64,000 nucleotides of DNA from Abditibacterium sp. (lineage in GTDB: Bacteria > Armatimonadota > Abditibacteriia > Abditibacteriales > Abditibacteriaceae), in NCBI GenBank assembly GCA_965246885.1, contig OZ251992.1:3360001-3424000 (forward strand), in the 5' to 3' direction. Position 1 is the stretch's first letter. Every line of letters starts with the position of its first letter. Positions 37,331 through 46,170 of the stretch are shown here, in pieces. The notes beneath the pieces were generated by a model, which was not told the DNA's origin, did no database searches, and saw only the letters and a list, made by a program, of their open reading frames with translations. Position numbers and translations under genes: made by a program.

Positions 37331-37812
37331 CCGACCCGCGCCCCAACGCCGCCCCAACGCCCGAAGAAGAAGCCGAGTGGCCCGCACCCATCCGCGCCGC
37401 CTTTGACGCCTACCCGCAACACGCGCCAGACGCCGCCTTCGACGCCCGCTTTTGGCGCGGACTGCCCGCGCGCCGCGCGCGCTATCGCGGCTTCTGGGGC
37501 TTCTTGCGGCGCTTGGTGGAGGTGGAAATAGAAGGCGTCGCCGTGTGGCGCTTGGGCGCTTCGATGCTCGGCGGCGCAGCGTTTTGCGCGGTCGGCCTTA
37601 ATGTTTGCGGCGCGCGCGTGTCGCCATCACCGGCGCCCGTTGCCGCCCCCGTCGCGCTCGCGGCGAATGAAATCCCCCACGCGGGGCCGCGCTTTGCCCG
37701 CTCCCCGCCCCTTGACGGCTTCCCCTTACGCCTGCACGCGCCGCGCTTTTCTTACCCGACCGACAAACCCAAGGAGGTTTCATGCACGCACTCCGCAAAC
37801 GGCTTGGCCTGA
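37327..37812 (+). CDS. Putative anti-sigma factor (single TM)
   Basis: ATGA-coupled to the ECF gene; one hydrophobic segment; paralog at 61988. Confidence 0.6.
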   Translation: MTDPRPNAAPTPEEEAEWPAPIRAAFDAYPQHAPDAAFDARFWRGLPARRARYRGFWGFLRRLVEVEIEGVAVWRLGASMLGGAAFCAVGLNVCGARVSPSPAPVAAPVALAANEIPHAGPRFARSPPLDGFPLRLHAPRFSYPTDKPKEVSCTHSANGLA

Positions 37813-40127
37813 TTTTGTTCTCCGCCATCTGGCTGTCCGTCCTGCTCGTCCCCGTCTGGCGCTGGCGCGCGGGCAACCAGATACGCGAGGTGCAGAACGG
37901 CTTCGACTTCTCGGCGGGCCTCTCTCCCGCCTTGCAGCAAGAGGCCGCCCGCCGCTTTCCCGATGACCCCGCCGCCCAGTTCGCGCCCCTGCGCGGGTTT
38001 AGTCAGCAAGCCTTGGTGAGAGAATACAGCGCCCAACCGCACGACGCGGCGAAACTCAGCGCCCTCGTAGCGCGCTACTTCGGGCGCTACGACGCACTGC
38101 AACGCCGCTTTCCCGACGCCAACTTCGGGCGCATCCAACGTCTGCGCGACACCTGCATCGGCGGGTTCGCTTTAGACGAAGGGCCAGTCGAGGCGCCTAA
38201 TGCGGCAAATGCTCCTCTCCTACCCGGTGCTGTTCCAACACCCCGCCCGACTCCTTGGTTTCCGCCCGCCCAGCGCGAAGCGGCGCTCTCCGTCGCGCGT
38301 GAGGGCGCGCGGCGCGACCCAAACAACGGCTTCTTTCCTTGGATGGAGGCTATCTTGGAGTTCTCCTTCCGGCGCAACGACAACGCCTTGCGCGCGTTGC
38401 AAGTCGCGGGCGGTTGCAAGGGTTGGGACGACGACACCCTCGGCACGCCGCGCCGCCGCTTGGGGGTGTTGAGACGCCTGCGCTTCGTGGCGAGCGAAGA
38501 CCCAGTTTCCGAGTGGTATTCGATGCTGCTCCCGCACTTCGCGGCGATGCGCTCTGCCTCGCGCGCCGCACTGTGGCAAGCCAAGCAAGCGCGGGCGCGC
38601 GGCGATAACCGGCGGGCGTGGCAGATCATCGGCTCGCTCCAGCGCGCGGCGGGCGTGTTGGCGACGCGCTCCAATAGTTCAGTTCTGTCCCGTCTCGTCG
38701 GCGAAGCCATCTGCGTCAACACGTGGAGTTTCGCGCTCACGGGGCAGGTCGCGCCGCCGCCTATGCCTTATGAGACTACGTTCTATCACACGCCGCAAAT
38801 GGTGCAGGAGCGGGAGGCGTTCAACCGCGCGTTGGCGGCGCGGTTCGCGGCGGACGCGAGCGCGCAAGGCTACGGCGACTTGGCGCGGGAAGCGCGCGAG
38901 TTAGTGGCGCAGATGGACGGCGAGCGGTTGCAGGCGTCCTACAGCTTGCAACCACCCGCGCCCCCAATTCCTTGGGTGCGCACGATAGGAGAGTTTGGCC
39001 GCGCCTACTACCTGAACACGCTGTCGCTGCGCTATGTCCTGTTCGCGGCGCCGTTGTGGGCGGTGTGCGCGTTGCTGACCAAGGGGCGCGAGGAGTTGAC
39101 CGCGCGCACACTGCGCCGCTCGCTGCTGCTTTCGATGTGCGGGGCGGGGATTTGCGCTTATGTGTTCGTCTTGCTGTGGACGCACCAACTGGGCGACTGG
39201 ATTTTCCTGCTACCTGACGGGAGAACGATGAATGGCTTCCCGGGTGTTTCTCTGCCGGGGTCGCTGGCTCCTTTCGCACTGCCCTTCGAGGCGTGGGCGA
39301 TGGGAAGCATGGTGTGGTGGGTGCTGCGGCACACGCCTTGGAAGCGGCTGGGGCAATGGACGCGAAGGGAGTTCTCGCGAAGGGAGTTCTCGCGGAGGCC
39401 GCGTTTGGCGTGGGCACCGGTGCGCCCGGTGCGGGTTCTGCTTTTGGTGCTGGGCGGCTTGCTGCTCCTCGCGGCGTGGGCGGCGTGGCAACAAGGCGCG
39501 GATGTGGCGGCGTTTTTGTGGAGCGAGAATGGGAACATCGTCCTCGTGCCCGCGCTGTGCGCGGCGTTGGGCGTGAGCGTGTGGCGGACGCCTTGGAAGC
39601 GGCTGGCGCAGTGGGCGTTCGCGCTCAGGCCGCGCTTGTCGAGGGGGCCGATGCGTCCCCTGTGGGTGCTGCTGATGGCGTTGGGCGCGCTGTCTTTGCT
39701 CGCGGCGGGGGCGGCGTGGCGCGAGGCGCCGGGTGTCGTGGCAGTTTTGTGGAGCGAGAACGGGAACACCCTTCTCCTTGCCGCATTGGGCGGAGTGTTG
39801 GCCGGGAGCGTGTGGCTGCTGCTGACTGGCAGGGCAAAACGGACGGCGCAGAGATGGCGAGTCGCGGCGTCCAAGTTAGGTTTGGCGGGGTGGGTGCGCT
39901 GGGGAGCGCCGTTGTGGGCTTGGGCATTGCGCGGGGTGGTGCAGTTGGCGGCGTGGCTGCGGCCCGCGTGCGCGGTCATTGCGCTGATGGCGTCGCTGGT
40001 CTACTTTGCTTTGTCGCTCACGACGCTACCGACGGAGCGGACGGCCAAAGCGCAGTTGGGGCACATGTTCGAGATCGGCGAAGCGGCGTTTTTGCGGGAG
40101 CAATTGGGGGCGCGAACGCGCCCTTGA
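37782..40127 (+). CDS. Large membrane protein (N-terminal anchor, helical soluble domain, multi-TM C-terminus)
   Basis: 781-aa ORF, AAGGAGG RBS; paralog begins at 62360. Confidence 0.8.
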   Translation: MHALRKRLGLILFSAIWLSVLLVPVWRWRAGNQIREVQNGFDFSAGLSPALQQEAARRFPDDPAAQFAPLRGFSQQALVREYSAQPHDAAKLSALVARYFGRYDALQRRFPDANFGRIQRLRDTCIGGFALDEGPVEAPNAANAPLLPGAVPTPRPTPWFPPAQREAALSVAREGARRDPNNGFFPWMEAILEFSFRRNDNALRALQVAGGCKGWDDDTLGTPRRRLGVLRRLRFVASEDPVSEWYSMLLPHFAAMRSASRAALWQAKQARARGDNRRAWQIIGSLQRAAGVLATRSNSSVLSRLVGEAICVNTWSFALTGQVAPPPMPYETTFYHTPQMVQEREAFNRALAARFAADASAQGYGDLAREARELVAQMDGERLQASYSLQPPAPPIPWVRTIGEFGRAYYLNTLSLRYVLFAAPLWAVCALLTKGREELTARTLRRSLLLSMCGAGICAYVFVLLWTHQLGDWIFLLPDGRTMNGFPGVSLPGSLAPFALPFEAWAMGSMVWWVLRHTPWKRLGQWTRREFSRREFSRRPRLAWAPVRPVRVLLLVLGGLLLLAAWAAWQQGADVAAFLWSENGNIVLVPALCAALGVSVWRTPWKRLAQWAFALRPRLSRGPMRPLWVLLMALGALSLLAAGAAWREAPGVVAVLWSENGNTLLLAALGGVLAGSVWLLLTGRAKRTAQRWRVAASKLGLAGWVRWGAPLWAWALRGVVQLAAWLRPACAVIALMASLVYFALSLTTLPTERTAKAQLGHMFEIGEAAFLREQLGARTRP

Positions 40128-40141
40128 CGCGCGGCGGCGGC

Positions 40142-41104
40142 TCAGGGTTTCAGGACGATTTTGCCGTGTGACCCGGCTTCCAAGACGGCGCGGTGGGCGT
40201 CGGGGGCTTGGGCGAGGGTGAAGCGGCGCGGGTCAATGACGGGCTTGAGGGCGCCGCTTTCGAGACCTTCGACGAGCGAGGCATAAATGGCGCGCAGTTC
40301 GGGGCGGGGGGTATTGAAGAGAGTCATGCCGTAGAGGACGGCGTCGCGGGCCATCCAGTCGCGCGGGTTCACCTCGACTTTGCCCCTGCTGCCGATGACG
40401 ACGATGCGGCCAAAGGGCGCGAGCACTTCCGGGTCGGTGCCGAGGTTTTGGTTGGCCAGCATCTCCAAGATAATGTCGAAGCCGCGCCCGCACGTCATGC
40501 CAATCACGTCGGACAAGTAGTTGGGCGCGTTGTGGTCGGTGGTGTATTTGAGGCCAAGCGACGCGAGGAAGCGCTCGCCGGAGGGACTTCCGGCGCTGCC
40601 GCCAACTGTGAGACCCGCCGCGCGCGCGAGTTGAATGGCCGCCACGCCCACGCCGCCGGTCGCGCCGTGAACGAAGACGGTCTCGCCCGCCTTGGCGCCT
40701 GCTTTGCCAAACAAAGCGCGGTGCGCCGTCGCGTACGGGACGCCCAAAGCCGCGCCTTGCTCAAAGCTGACCTCATCGGGCAAGCGAAACACCATATCCG
40801 CTTCGCATAGCGTCAGTTGCGCATACGTGCCCGACAGACTGCGCGCGATAAAGACGCGGTCGCCGACTTGCCACTCCGCACCCGCGCCGACTTCGGCGAT
40901 CGTGCCCGCGCCGTCGCTTCCGGGGGTGTAGGGCAACGCCGCTTTCATCGGGTATTTGCCGGAGCGGACATAAGTTTCGACGGGGTTAACGCCCGCCGCC
41001 GCCACTTTAACGACGACCTGACCTTCCCCGGCACGCGGGTCGGCGACTTCTTCGAGGTGGAGAACGTCCGGCTCGCCGGTTTTATGAACGCGAATGGCTT
41101 GCAT
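40142..41104 (-). CDS. qor: NADPH:quinone reductase (zeta-crystallin/MDR family)
   Basis: AAGVNPVE, PYTPGSDGAG, VHGATGGVG, GKIVL. Confidence 0.9.
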   Translation of the reverse strand: MQAIRVHKTGEPDVLHLEEVADPRAGEGQVVVKVAAAGVNPVETYVRSGKYPMKAALPYTPGSDGAGTIAEVGAGAEWQVGDRVFIARSLSGTYAQLTLCEADMVFRLPDEVSFEQGAALGVPYATAHRALFGKAGAKAGETVFVHGATGGVGVAAIQLARAAGLTVGGSAGSPSGERFLASLGLKYTTDHNAPNYLSDVIGMTCGRGFDIILEMLANQNLGTDPEVLAPFGRIVVIGSRGKVEVNPRDWMARDAVLYGMTLFNTPRPELRAIYASLVEGLESGALKPVIDPRRFTLAQAPDAHRAVLEAGSHGKIVLKP

Positions 41105-41124
41105 GGGTTTATTGTTGATAGCGC

Positions 41125-41733
41125 TTACGAGCGCGCGACTCTTATCTTGCGCTTCTTCGTTTTTTGTGCCGGGTTGCCCGCGTAAATCCAGCCGTCTTCG
41201 GCGTCGCGGGCCACAACTGCGCCCGCGCCAATAACCGCGTTGCGCCCCACGCTCACGCCCGACATCACCGTCGCGCGCGCGCAAATCCACGCGCCTTCCC
41301 CGACGCGAATAGGGCCGAGTTTGTAGCCCATCGCCGGGTCGCTCCAGTCGTGGTTGCCCGTGCAAAGATAGGCGCCCTGCGAGATGCAGACGTTGGCGGC
41401 GATGGAGATGGGCAGCAGGTTGTCAAGCCAAACACCCTCGCCAATCCAACAGTCGTCGCCGATTTCGAGGAGCCAAGGGTTCTTGACGTTGATACCCGGC
41501 TTGAGATAAACGTTGCGCCCGACCTTGGCGCCGAAGGCGCGCAGGGCGAGGCGCTTGAGCGCAGAACTGGGGTTGGCCGGGTTTTGCAGCACCCAAGCGT
41601 TCACCAAAAACCACAGCGCGCGCACCGCAAAGCCGCGCCCCGCGTGGTAATCGCCCGTCGAGAAGCGCGAAAGCTCTACGCGCGCTTCGGGGGCGTCGGC
41701 TTCAACCAGTTCATCAGGGGGAGAAGCCGTCAT
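41125..41733 (-). CDS. wcaF: WcaF-family hexapeptide-repeat acetyltransferase
   Basis: LRAFGAKVG, KNPWLLEIGDDCWIGE, ISQGAYLCTGNHD, YAGNPA. Confidence 0.85.
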   Translation of the reverse strand: MTASPPDELVEADAPEARVELSRFSTGDYHAGRGFAVRALWFLVNAWVLQNPANPSSALKRLALRAFGAKVGRNVYLKPGINVKNPWLLEIGDDCWIGEGVWLDNLLPISIAANVCISQGAYLCTGNHDWSDPAMGYKLGPIRVGEGAWICARATVMSGVSVGRNAVIGAGAVVARDAEDGWIYAGNPAQKTKKRKIRVARS

Positions 41734-42618
41734 TTACGCCCTCAACTTCTCGCGCAGGAGGCCGATGACATCGGAGGGCAAGTCGGCGACGGGCACATTG
41801 GCCGCGCCGAACGCTTCGACTTTGGAGGCGGCGCTGCCCGCGCTGCCCGACACAATCGCCCCGGCATGGCCCATCTGCTTGCCGGGCGGCGCGGTTTTAC
41901 CCGCGATAAAGGCGACGACGGGCTTGGTCATGTGGTTTTTGATGAAGTCCGCCGCCATTTCCTCGTCGTTGCCGCCGATTTCGCCCGACAACACGACGGC
42001 GTGCGTTTGCGGGTCGCGCTCGAACCAGCCCAGCACGTCCACGAAACTTGAACCGATGATGGGGTCGCCGCCGATGCCAACGCAGGTGGTTTGGCCCATC
42101 CCGGCGCGCGTCAGTTCGTCCACGAGTTCATACGTGAGGGTGCCCGACCGCGACACCACTCCGATCGGCCCTTGACTAAAAATGTGCGCGGGCATGATGC
42201 CGATTTTGCACTCACCCGGCGTGATGAGGCCCGGACAGTTTGGCCCGATCATCCAGCCGTCGCGCTCTTTGACGAAGCGATACGTCTTCATCATGTCCTG
42301 AATCGGGATGCCCTCGGTAATACAGACGATGCCGCGCACGCCCGCATCAACGGCTTCCAAAACAGCGTCGCTCCCGAAGGGCGGCGGCACGAAGATGATG
42401 GACACATCGGCGCCCGTTTGCTCGGCGGCTTCTTTGACGGTGTTAAAAACCGGCACGGAGCGGCCCGCGTGTTCGATGGTCTGCCCGCCCTTTCCGGGCG
42501 TGACGCCCGCCACGACATCCGTGCCGTATTCCAGCATCTGCTGGGTGTGAAACAACCCTTCGCGCCCCGTCGCGCCCTGCACGAGGACGCGGGTCTGTTT
42601 GTTGATAAGAATGCTCAT
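41734..42618 (-). CDS. sucD: Succinyl-CoA synthetase alpha subunit
   Basis: [36 protein letters not shown]. Confidence 0.98.
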   Translation of the reverse strand: MSILINKQTRVLVQGATGREGLFHTQQMLEYGTDVVAGVTPGKGGQTIEHAGRSVPVFNTVKEAAEQTGADVSIIFVPPPFGSDAVLEAVDAGVRGIVCITEGIPIQDMMKTYRFVKERDGWMIGPNCPGLITPGECKIGIMPAHIFSQGPIGVVSRSGTLTYELVDELTRAGMGQTTCVGIGGDPIIGSSFVDVLGWFERDPQTHAVVLSGEIGGNDEEMAADFIKNHMTKPVVAFIAGKTAPPGKQMGHAGAIVSGSAGSAASKVEAFGAANVPVADLPSDVIGLLREKLRA

Positions 42619-42630
42619 GATGATTACTTT

Positions 42631-43035
42631 CTACGTCTCGTCGCCCTCGTCCTCCGACTCCCGTTTGCCGAAGCCTTCGCGTTGCAAGTCGCGCCGGTCG
42701 CGTTTGGTGGGGCGACCCAAGCCCCGGTCGCGCACCGGGGAGCCGGTCATGGCTGCCTCAAAAGCGGTTTGTTTCTCCGGTTGCGGGCCGCTTTCGTCGC
42801 GCATCGCGGTTTTGGCGGCCTCCTTCGACAGTTGCTTCAGTGGCACTTCGAGCACCACCAACTTGCGCTCCCACTCGCCGCGCCGGAACTCGATGGTGTC
42901 CCCCGGCTTCACCAAAGCCGCAGCCTTGGTGCGGTTGCCGTTGAGCCGAATCTTGCCGCCGTTGCAATCGGTCGTGGCCTCGTTGCGCGCCTTATAAAGG
43001 CAGACGTGCTTGAGAAACAGGTCAATGCGGTTCAT
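42631..43035 (-). CDS. hslR: S4-domain RNA-binding protein (Hsp15-like)
   Basis: RIDLFL...KAR..A...CNGGKI, VKPGD, GRPTKRDRR. Confidence 0.85.
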   Translation of the reverse strand: MNRIDLFLKHVCLYKARNEATTDCNGGKIRLNGNRTKAAALVKPGDTIEFRRGEWERKLVVLEVPLKQLSKEAAKTAMRDESGPQPEKQTAFEAAMTGSPVRDRGLGRPTKRDRRDLQREGFGKRESEDEGDET

Positions 43036-43048
43036 GGCGGCCTTCTCC

Positions 43049-43804
43049 TTATTTGCCCATCTTCTTCAAATTGGCGTAGCAGCGCGTGACGCACTCCAAC
43101 GGGGTATGCGGTTCGGGGTAGCGCTCTTGTTCGACGATGAAATACTCGGTCTTGCCGCCCTCAAGCGCGGCGAAGACTTCGTCCCAAGGCGTGTCGTCCT
43201 CGCCCAGAAAGTAGCGCGAAAAGTCGGTTGTCCAAGGCTTGAGGTGGACGGTCGCGGCGCGGTTCTTGTACTTCGCCAGAAGCGGGATGGCGTTGCCACC
43301 GCCGTCTTGCGCGTTGCCGGTATCGAGTTGCGTCACCACGTCGGGGTGGGCGTTTTGGAAGATCAAGTCCATCGGAATGGAGCCATCGGGCAACGTCTTA
43401 AACTCCCAGTCGTGGTTGTGGTAGCCAACGCGGGCGCCAAACTTCGAGGCTTCCTCTTGCGCTTTGGAAAGGATATCGCCCAGTTTCAAGGCGCCGTCGC
43501 GCCCGCCGAACTCGTCGGGGGACACGTAGGGAACCACCAAGAACGGACTGCCAAGGGTGGCAACGAACTCGGCAGTTTTCTGGAGTTCGGCGCCTTGGAT
43601 GGTGGAAAGCGCGGTATGGACACCGGCACACTTGAGGCCGACTTCGTCCAGCTTTTGGCGGATGGTGTGGGCGTCGTGGCCGAAGTAGCCAGCGAATTCG
43701 ACGGCCTTGTAGCCGATGGAAGCGACCTTTTCGAGGGTGCCAAGCAGGTCGGTCTGCGCGTCATCGCGCAGGGAGTATAACTGAAGAGCTAACGGTGTGG
43801 ACAT
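43049..43804 (-). CDS. Sugar phosphate isomerase/epimerase
   Basis: LQLYSLRD, GYKAVEFAG, YHNHDWEF, QLDTG, VHLK, IVEQE. Confidence 0.88.
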   Translation of the reverse strand: MSTPLALQLYSLRDDAQTDLLGTLEKVASIGYKAVEFAGYFGHDAHTIRQKLDEVGLKCAGVHTALSTIQGAELQKTAEFVATLGSPFLVVPYVSPDEFGGRDGALKLGDILSKAQEEASKFGARVGYHNHDWEFKTLPDGSIPMDLIFQNAHPDVVTQLDTGNAQDGGGNAIPLLAKYKNRAATVHLKPWTTDFSRYFLGEDDTPWDEVFAALEGGKTEYFIVEQERYPEPHTPLECVTRCYANLKKMGK

Positions 43805-43810
43805 AATAGG

Positions 43811-44431
43811 TTATTGAGTTTGTTTAACGGGGCGCCCGCAGTAAAGGGTGCGCCCGTCGCGTGGAGCAACGCCCCGTTTGAGCGCCTCGTGGCCTAAGCG
43901 TTCCGCCAAACGGAACTCGTGTTCCGAGATGGCGGCTTTGCGGGCGTTGATGCGCTCGAAGTCATCGGAGTAAAACTCGGCGATGAAAGGATAAAAGTTG
44001 CCGTAACGCTCCAAATCGTTGGGGCCAAGCATCAAATCGGAAGCGATGCCCGCTTTGCGCCACGAATAAGTATTGACGGTAAGGAGCCGCGAGCCGCGCT
44101 TCACGCCGAGGTCGCGGGCCGCGTCGTCGGGGAAGCGCAGCAACGCCACGCAGTCGAGTTCATCGGTGTAGGCCGCCACAATGCACGGCTCCACGCTCAG
44201 AACAACCGCCGCGCGCGAGTCGCCGTTGGACAACTGCTCCTCGATGCGCGTCAAGTGGCGCTCATACCTCTGCCAAAAATCGCGGTGCGTCAGCTTCCAC
44301 AAGTACGACGGAAACAAATCCGGCTGCAAACGACGCACTTTCTCCCACGACGGGATGATGAGGCCCGGATCGGAAGCGAAAGTGTTGTCGTTGAGCGTTT
44401 GCGTTGTGGTCTTGGGCGTTCGCATGGCCAA
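43811..44431 (-). CDS. Hypothetical protein (DUF3239-like)
   Basis: 206 aa; ASDPG, GDSRAAVVLS, VAAYTDELD, GSRLLTVNTY; family assignment from memory only. Confidence 0.6.
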   Translation of the reverse strand: MAMRTPKTTTQTLNDNTFASDPGLIIPSWEKVRRLQPDLFPSYLWKLTHRDFWQRYERHLTRIEEQLSNGDSRAAVVLSVEPCIVAAYTDELDCVALLRFPDDAARDLGVKRGSRLLTVNTYSWRKAGIASDLMLGPNDLERYGNFYPFIAEFYSDDFERINARKAAISEHEFRLAERLGHEALKRGVAPRDGRTLYCGRPVKQTQ

Positions 44432-44436
44432 AAGTT

Positions 44437-45573
44437 TTAGTTCTTGTTCACCAGCGCGACTATCTTTTGGGCGCCTTCTTGCATCGTCGCGGCGCCGACG
44501 AGCGGGCTGCCTTCGAGGAGTTTCAAACCCTCTTCGGCGCGCGTTCCAGTCAAACGGACGACGATGGGAATCTTGATGTCCATTGTGGCGATGGCTTCGA
44601 GCATTCCCTTCGCCACCTCGTCGCCGCGCGTGATGCCGCCGAAGATGTTGAAGAAAATGCCCTTGACGTTCTTGTCGAGCAACACGGTGTCAATGGCGCG
44701 GGTCACGACTTCGGCTTTGGCGCCGCCGCCGATGTCGAGGAAGTTCGCGGGACTGCCGCCTTCGCGCTTGACGACATCGAGCGTCGTCATAACCAGCCCC
44801 GCGCCGTTGCCGATGATGCCGATGTCGCCATCGAGTCGCACGTAGGTCAAACCGCGCTTGTGCGCTTCGGCTTCGATGGGGTCGTCCTCCTGCTCCTCTT
44901 GGTAGGCGGCCAGTTCGGGGTGGCGAAACAGCGCGTTGTCGTCCAACACGATCTTCGCATCGGCGGCGATGAGTTTCCCGTCGCCCGTCAAGACGAGCGG
45001 GTTGATTTCGGCGAGCGAGCAGTCGTAGTCGAGATAGACCCGATAGAGCGCCTTCAAAAATGCGCCCATGCCCTTGAGGGCGGCGGGCGGCAGGTTGGCT
45101 TGGAAACCCAACTGGCGGATTTGGAAATCTTGCAACCCAATCGCCGGATCGAGGTGCAATTTGGCGATGGCGTCGGGGTTCTCTTCGGCGACGATCTCGA
45201 TTTCGATGCCGCCTTCCTTGGAGACCATCACGATGTTGCGCCGCGCGGCGCGGTCGGTGGTGATGCCCAAATAATACTCCTCCTTGATGTCGGCGGCTTC
45301 TTCGACCAAGACTTTCTCAACCGTGAAGCCCTTGATGTCCATGCCCAGAATTTGTGTTGCGACTTCGCGCGCTTCTTCGGGCGTCTTGCCCAGCTTGATT
45401 CCGCCCGCTTTGCCGCGCCCGCCGGTGTGAACCTGCGCTTTGACGACGACGGGCTTGCCGATTTCGCGCGCGATGACCTCGACTTCATCGGCGTTAAACG
45501 CCACACGGCCCTGCGGCGTCGGGACGCCGTATTTGGCGAGAATTTCCTTGCCTTGATACTCGTGAATTTTCAT
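44437..45573 (-). CDS. sucC: Succinyl-CoA synthetase beta subunit
   Basis: MKIHEYQGK, KAQVHTGGRGKAGG, EINPL, GNGAGL, PANFLDIGGG, NIFGGI. Confidence 0.98.
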   Translation of the reverse strand: MKIHEYQGKEILAKYGVPTPQGRVAFNADEVEVIAREIGKPVVVKAQVHTGGRGKAGGIKLGKTPEEAREVATQILGMDIKGFTVEKVLVEEAADIKEEYYLGITTDRAARRNIVMVSKEGGIEIEIVAEENPDAIAKLHLDPAIGLQDFQIRQLGFQANLPPAALKGMGAFLKALYRVYLDYDCSLAEINPLVLTGDGKLIAADAKIVLDDNALFRHPELAAYQEEQEDDPIEAEAHKRGLTYVRLDGDIGIIGNGAGLVMTTLDVVKREGGSPANFLDIGGGAKAEVVTRAIDTVLLDKNVKGIFFNIFGGITRGDEVAKGMLEAIATMDIKIPIVVRLTGTRAEEGLKLLEGSPLVGAATMQEGAQKIVALVNKN

Positions 45574-45645
45574 GATGGGGCGAACGAACTTGCCCGCCGC
45601 AGTTAAGCAAATCACGCGCGCGACCCGTTCGCCTGAGCGTGCGAA

Positions 45646-45802
45646 CGGAAGAATTAAGCGCGGGAGCCAGTGATTCTTCTAATTCTTCCGATGGCGCGTA
45701 CAATTCCTCCAGTCGCCCGCCCAACTCTTCCGGCGGCGTGTATAACGGACGGCTGAAGTAGTTAGTTCTTTCGTCGGCGCGCCTAAGTGAACGGTTGATT
45801 TA
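45646..45802. repeat. Degenerate ~21-bp-period array with AATTCTTCCG core upstream of sucC
   Basis: Units at 45681, 45702, 45723, 45744; units 1 and 3 match at 16 of 21 nt; inverted copy CGGAAGAATTA at 45646-45656. Confidence 0.55.
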
Positions 45803-45825
45803 CGCGCGTCGCCCTCGTCCGCCCT

Positions 45826-46125
45826 CTATCCCTCGCTGAGTCGGTGCACTTCGTAGGAGAACTTCACCGTGTCCTCGACAAAGCGGGAAATCTGCGCTTC
45901 CTCCTCGAGCGCGTGAATATGGACATCGAGTTCGTCCAGTCTCTTCTGGATGGCGTCGCGCTCGTAATCGTTGGCCAGAGCGAGGTCGTCTTCCAAACGC
46001 TGGCGGCGCGATTCGAGCGCGTCGGCAAGGGAGTGCCAATCGGCGGCGCGCAGCGTTTGCCCGTCGAGGGCTTCGGTGAGCGCTTCGTCCAAAACGCGCG
46101 GGTTATCGTCGGGGTTGGGTAACAT
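45826..46125 (-). CDS. Hypothetical small coiled-coil protein
   Basis: 99-aa ORF with heptad pattern and typical codon usage. Confidence 0.7.
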   Translation of the reverse strand: MLPNPDDNPRVLDEALTEALDGQTLRAADWHSLADALESRRQRLEDDLALANDYERDAIQKRLDELDVHIHALEEEAQISRFVEDTVKFSYEVHRLSEG

Positions 46126-46170
46126 GGTGCCGCTTCAGACGCTTGAACGGCCCCTCTCGTTTGCGCTAAA

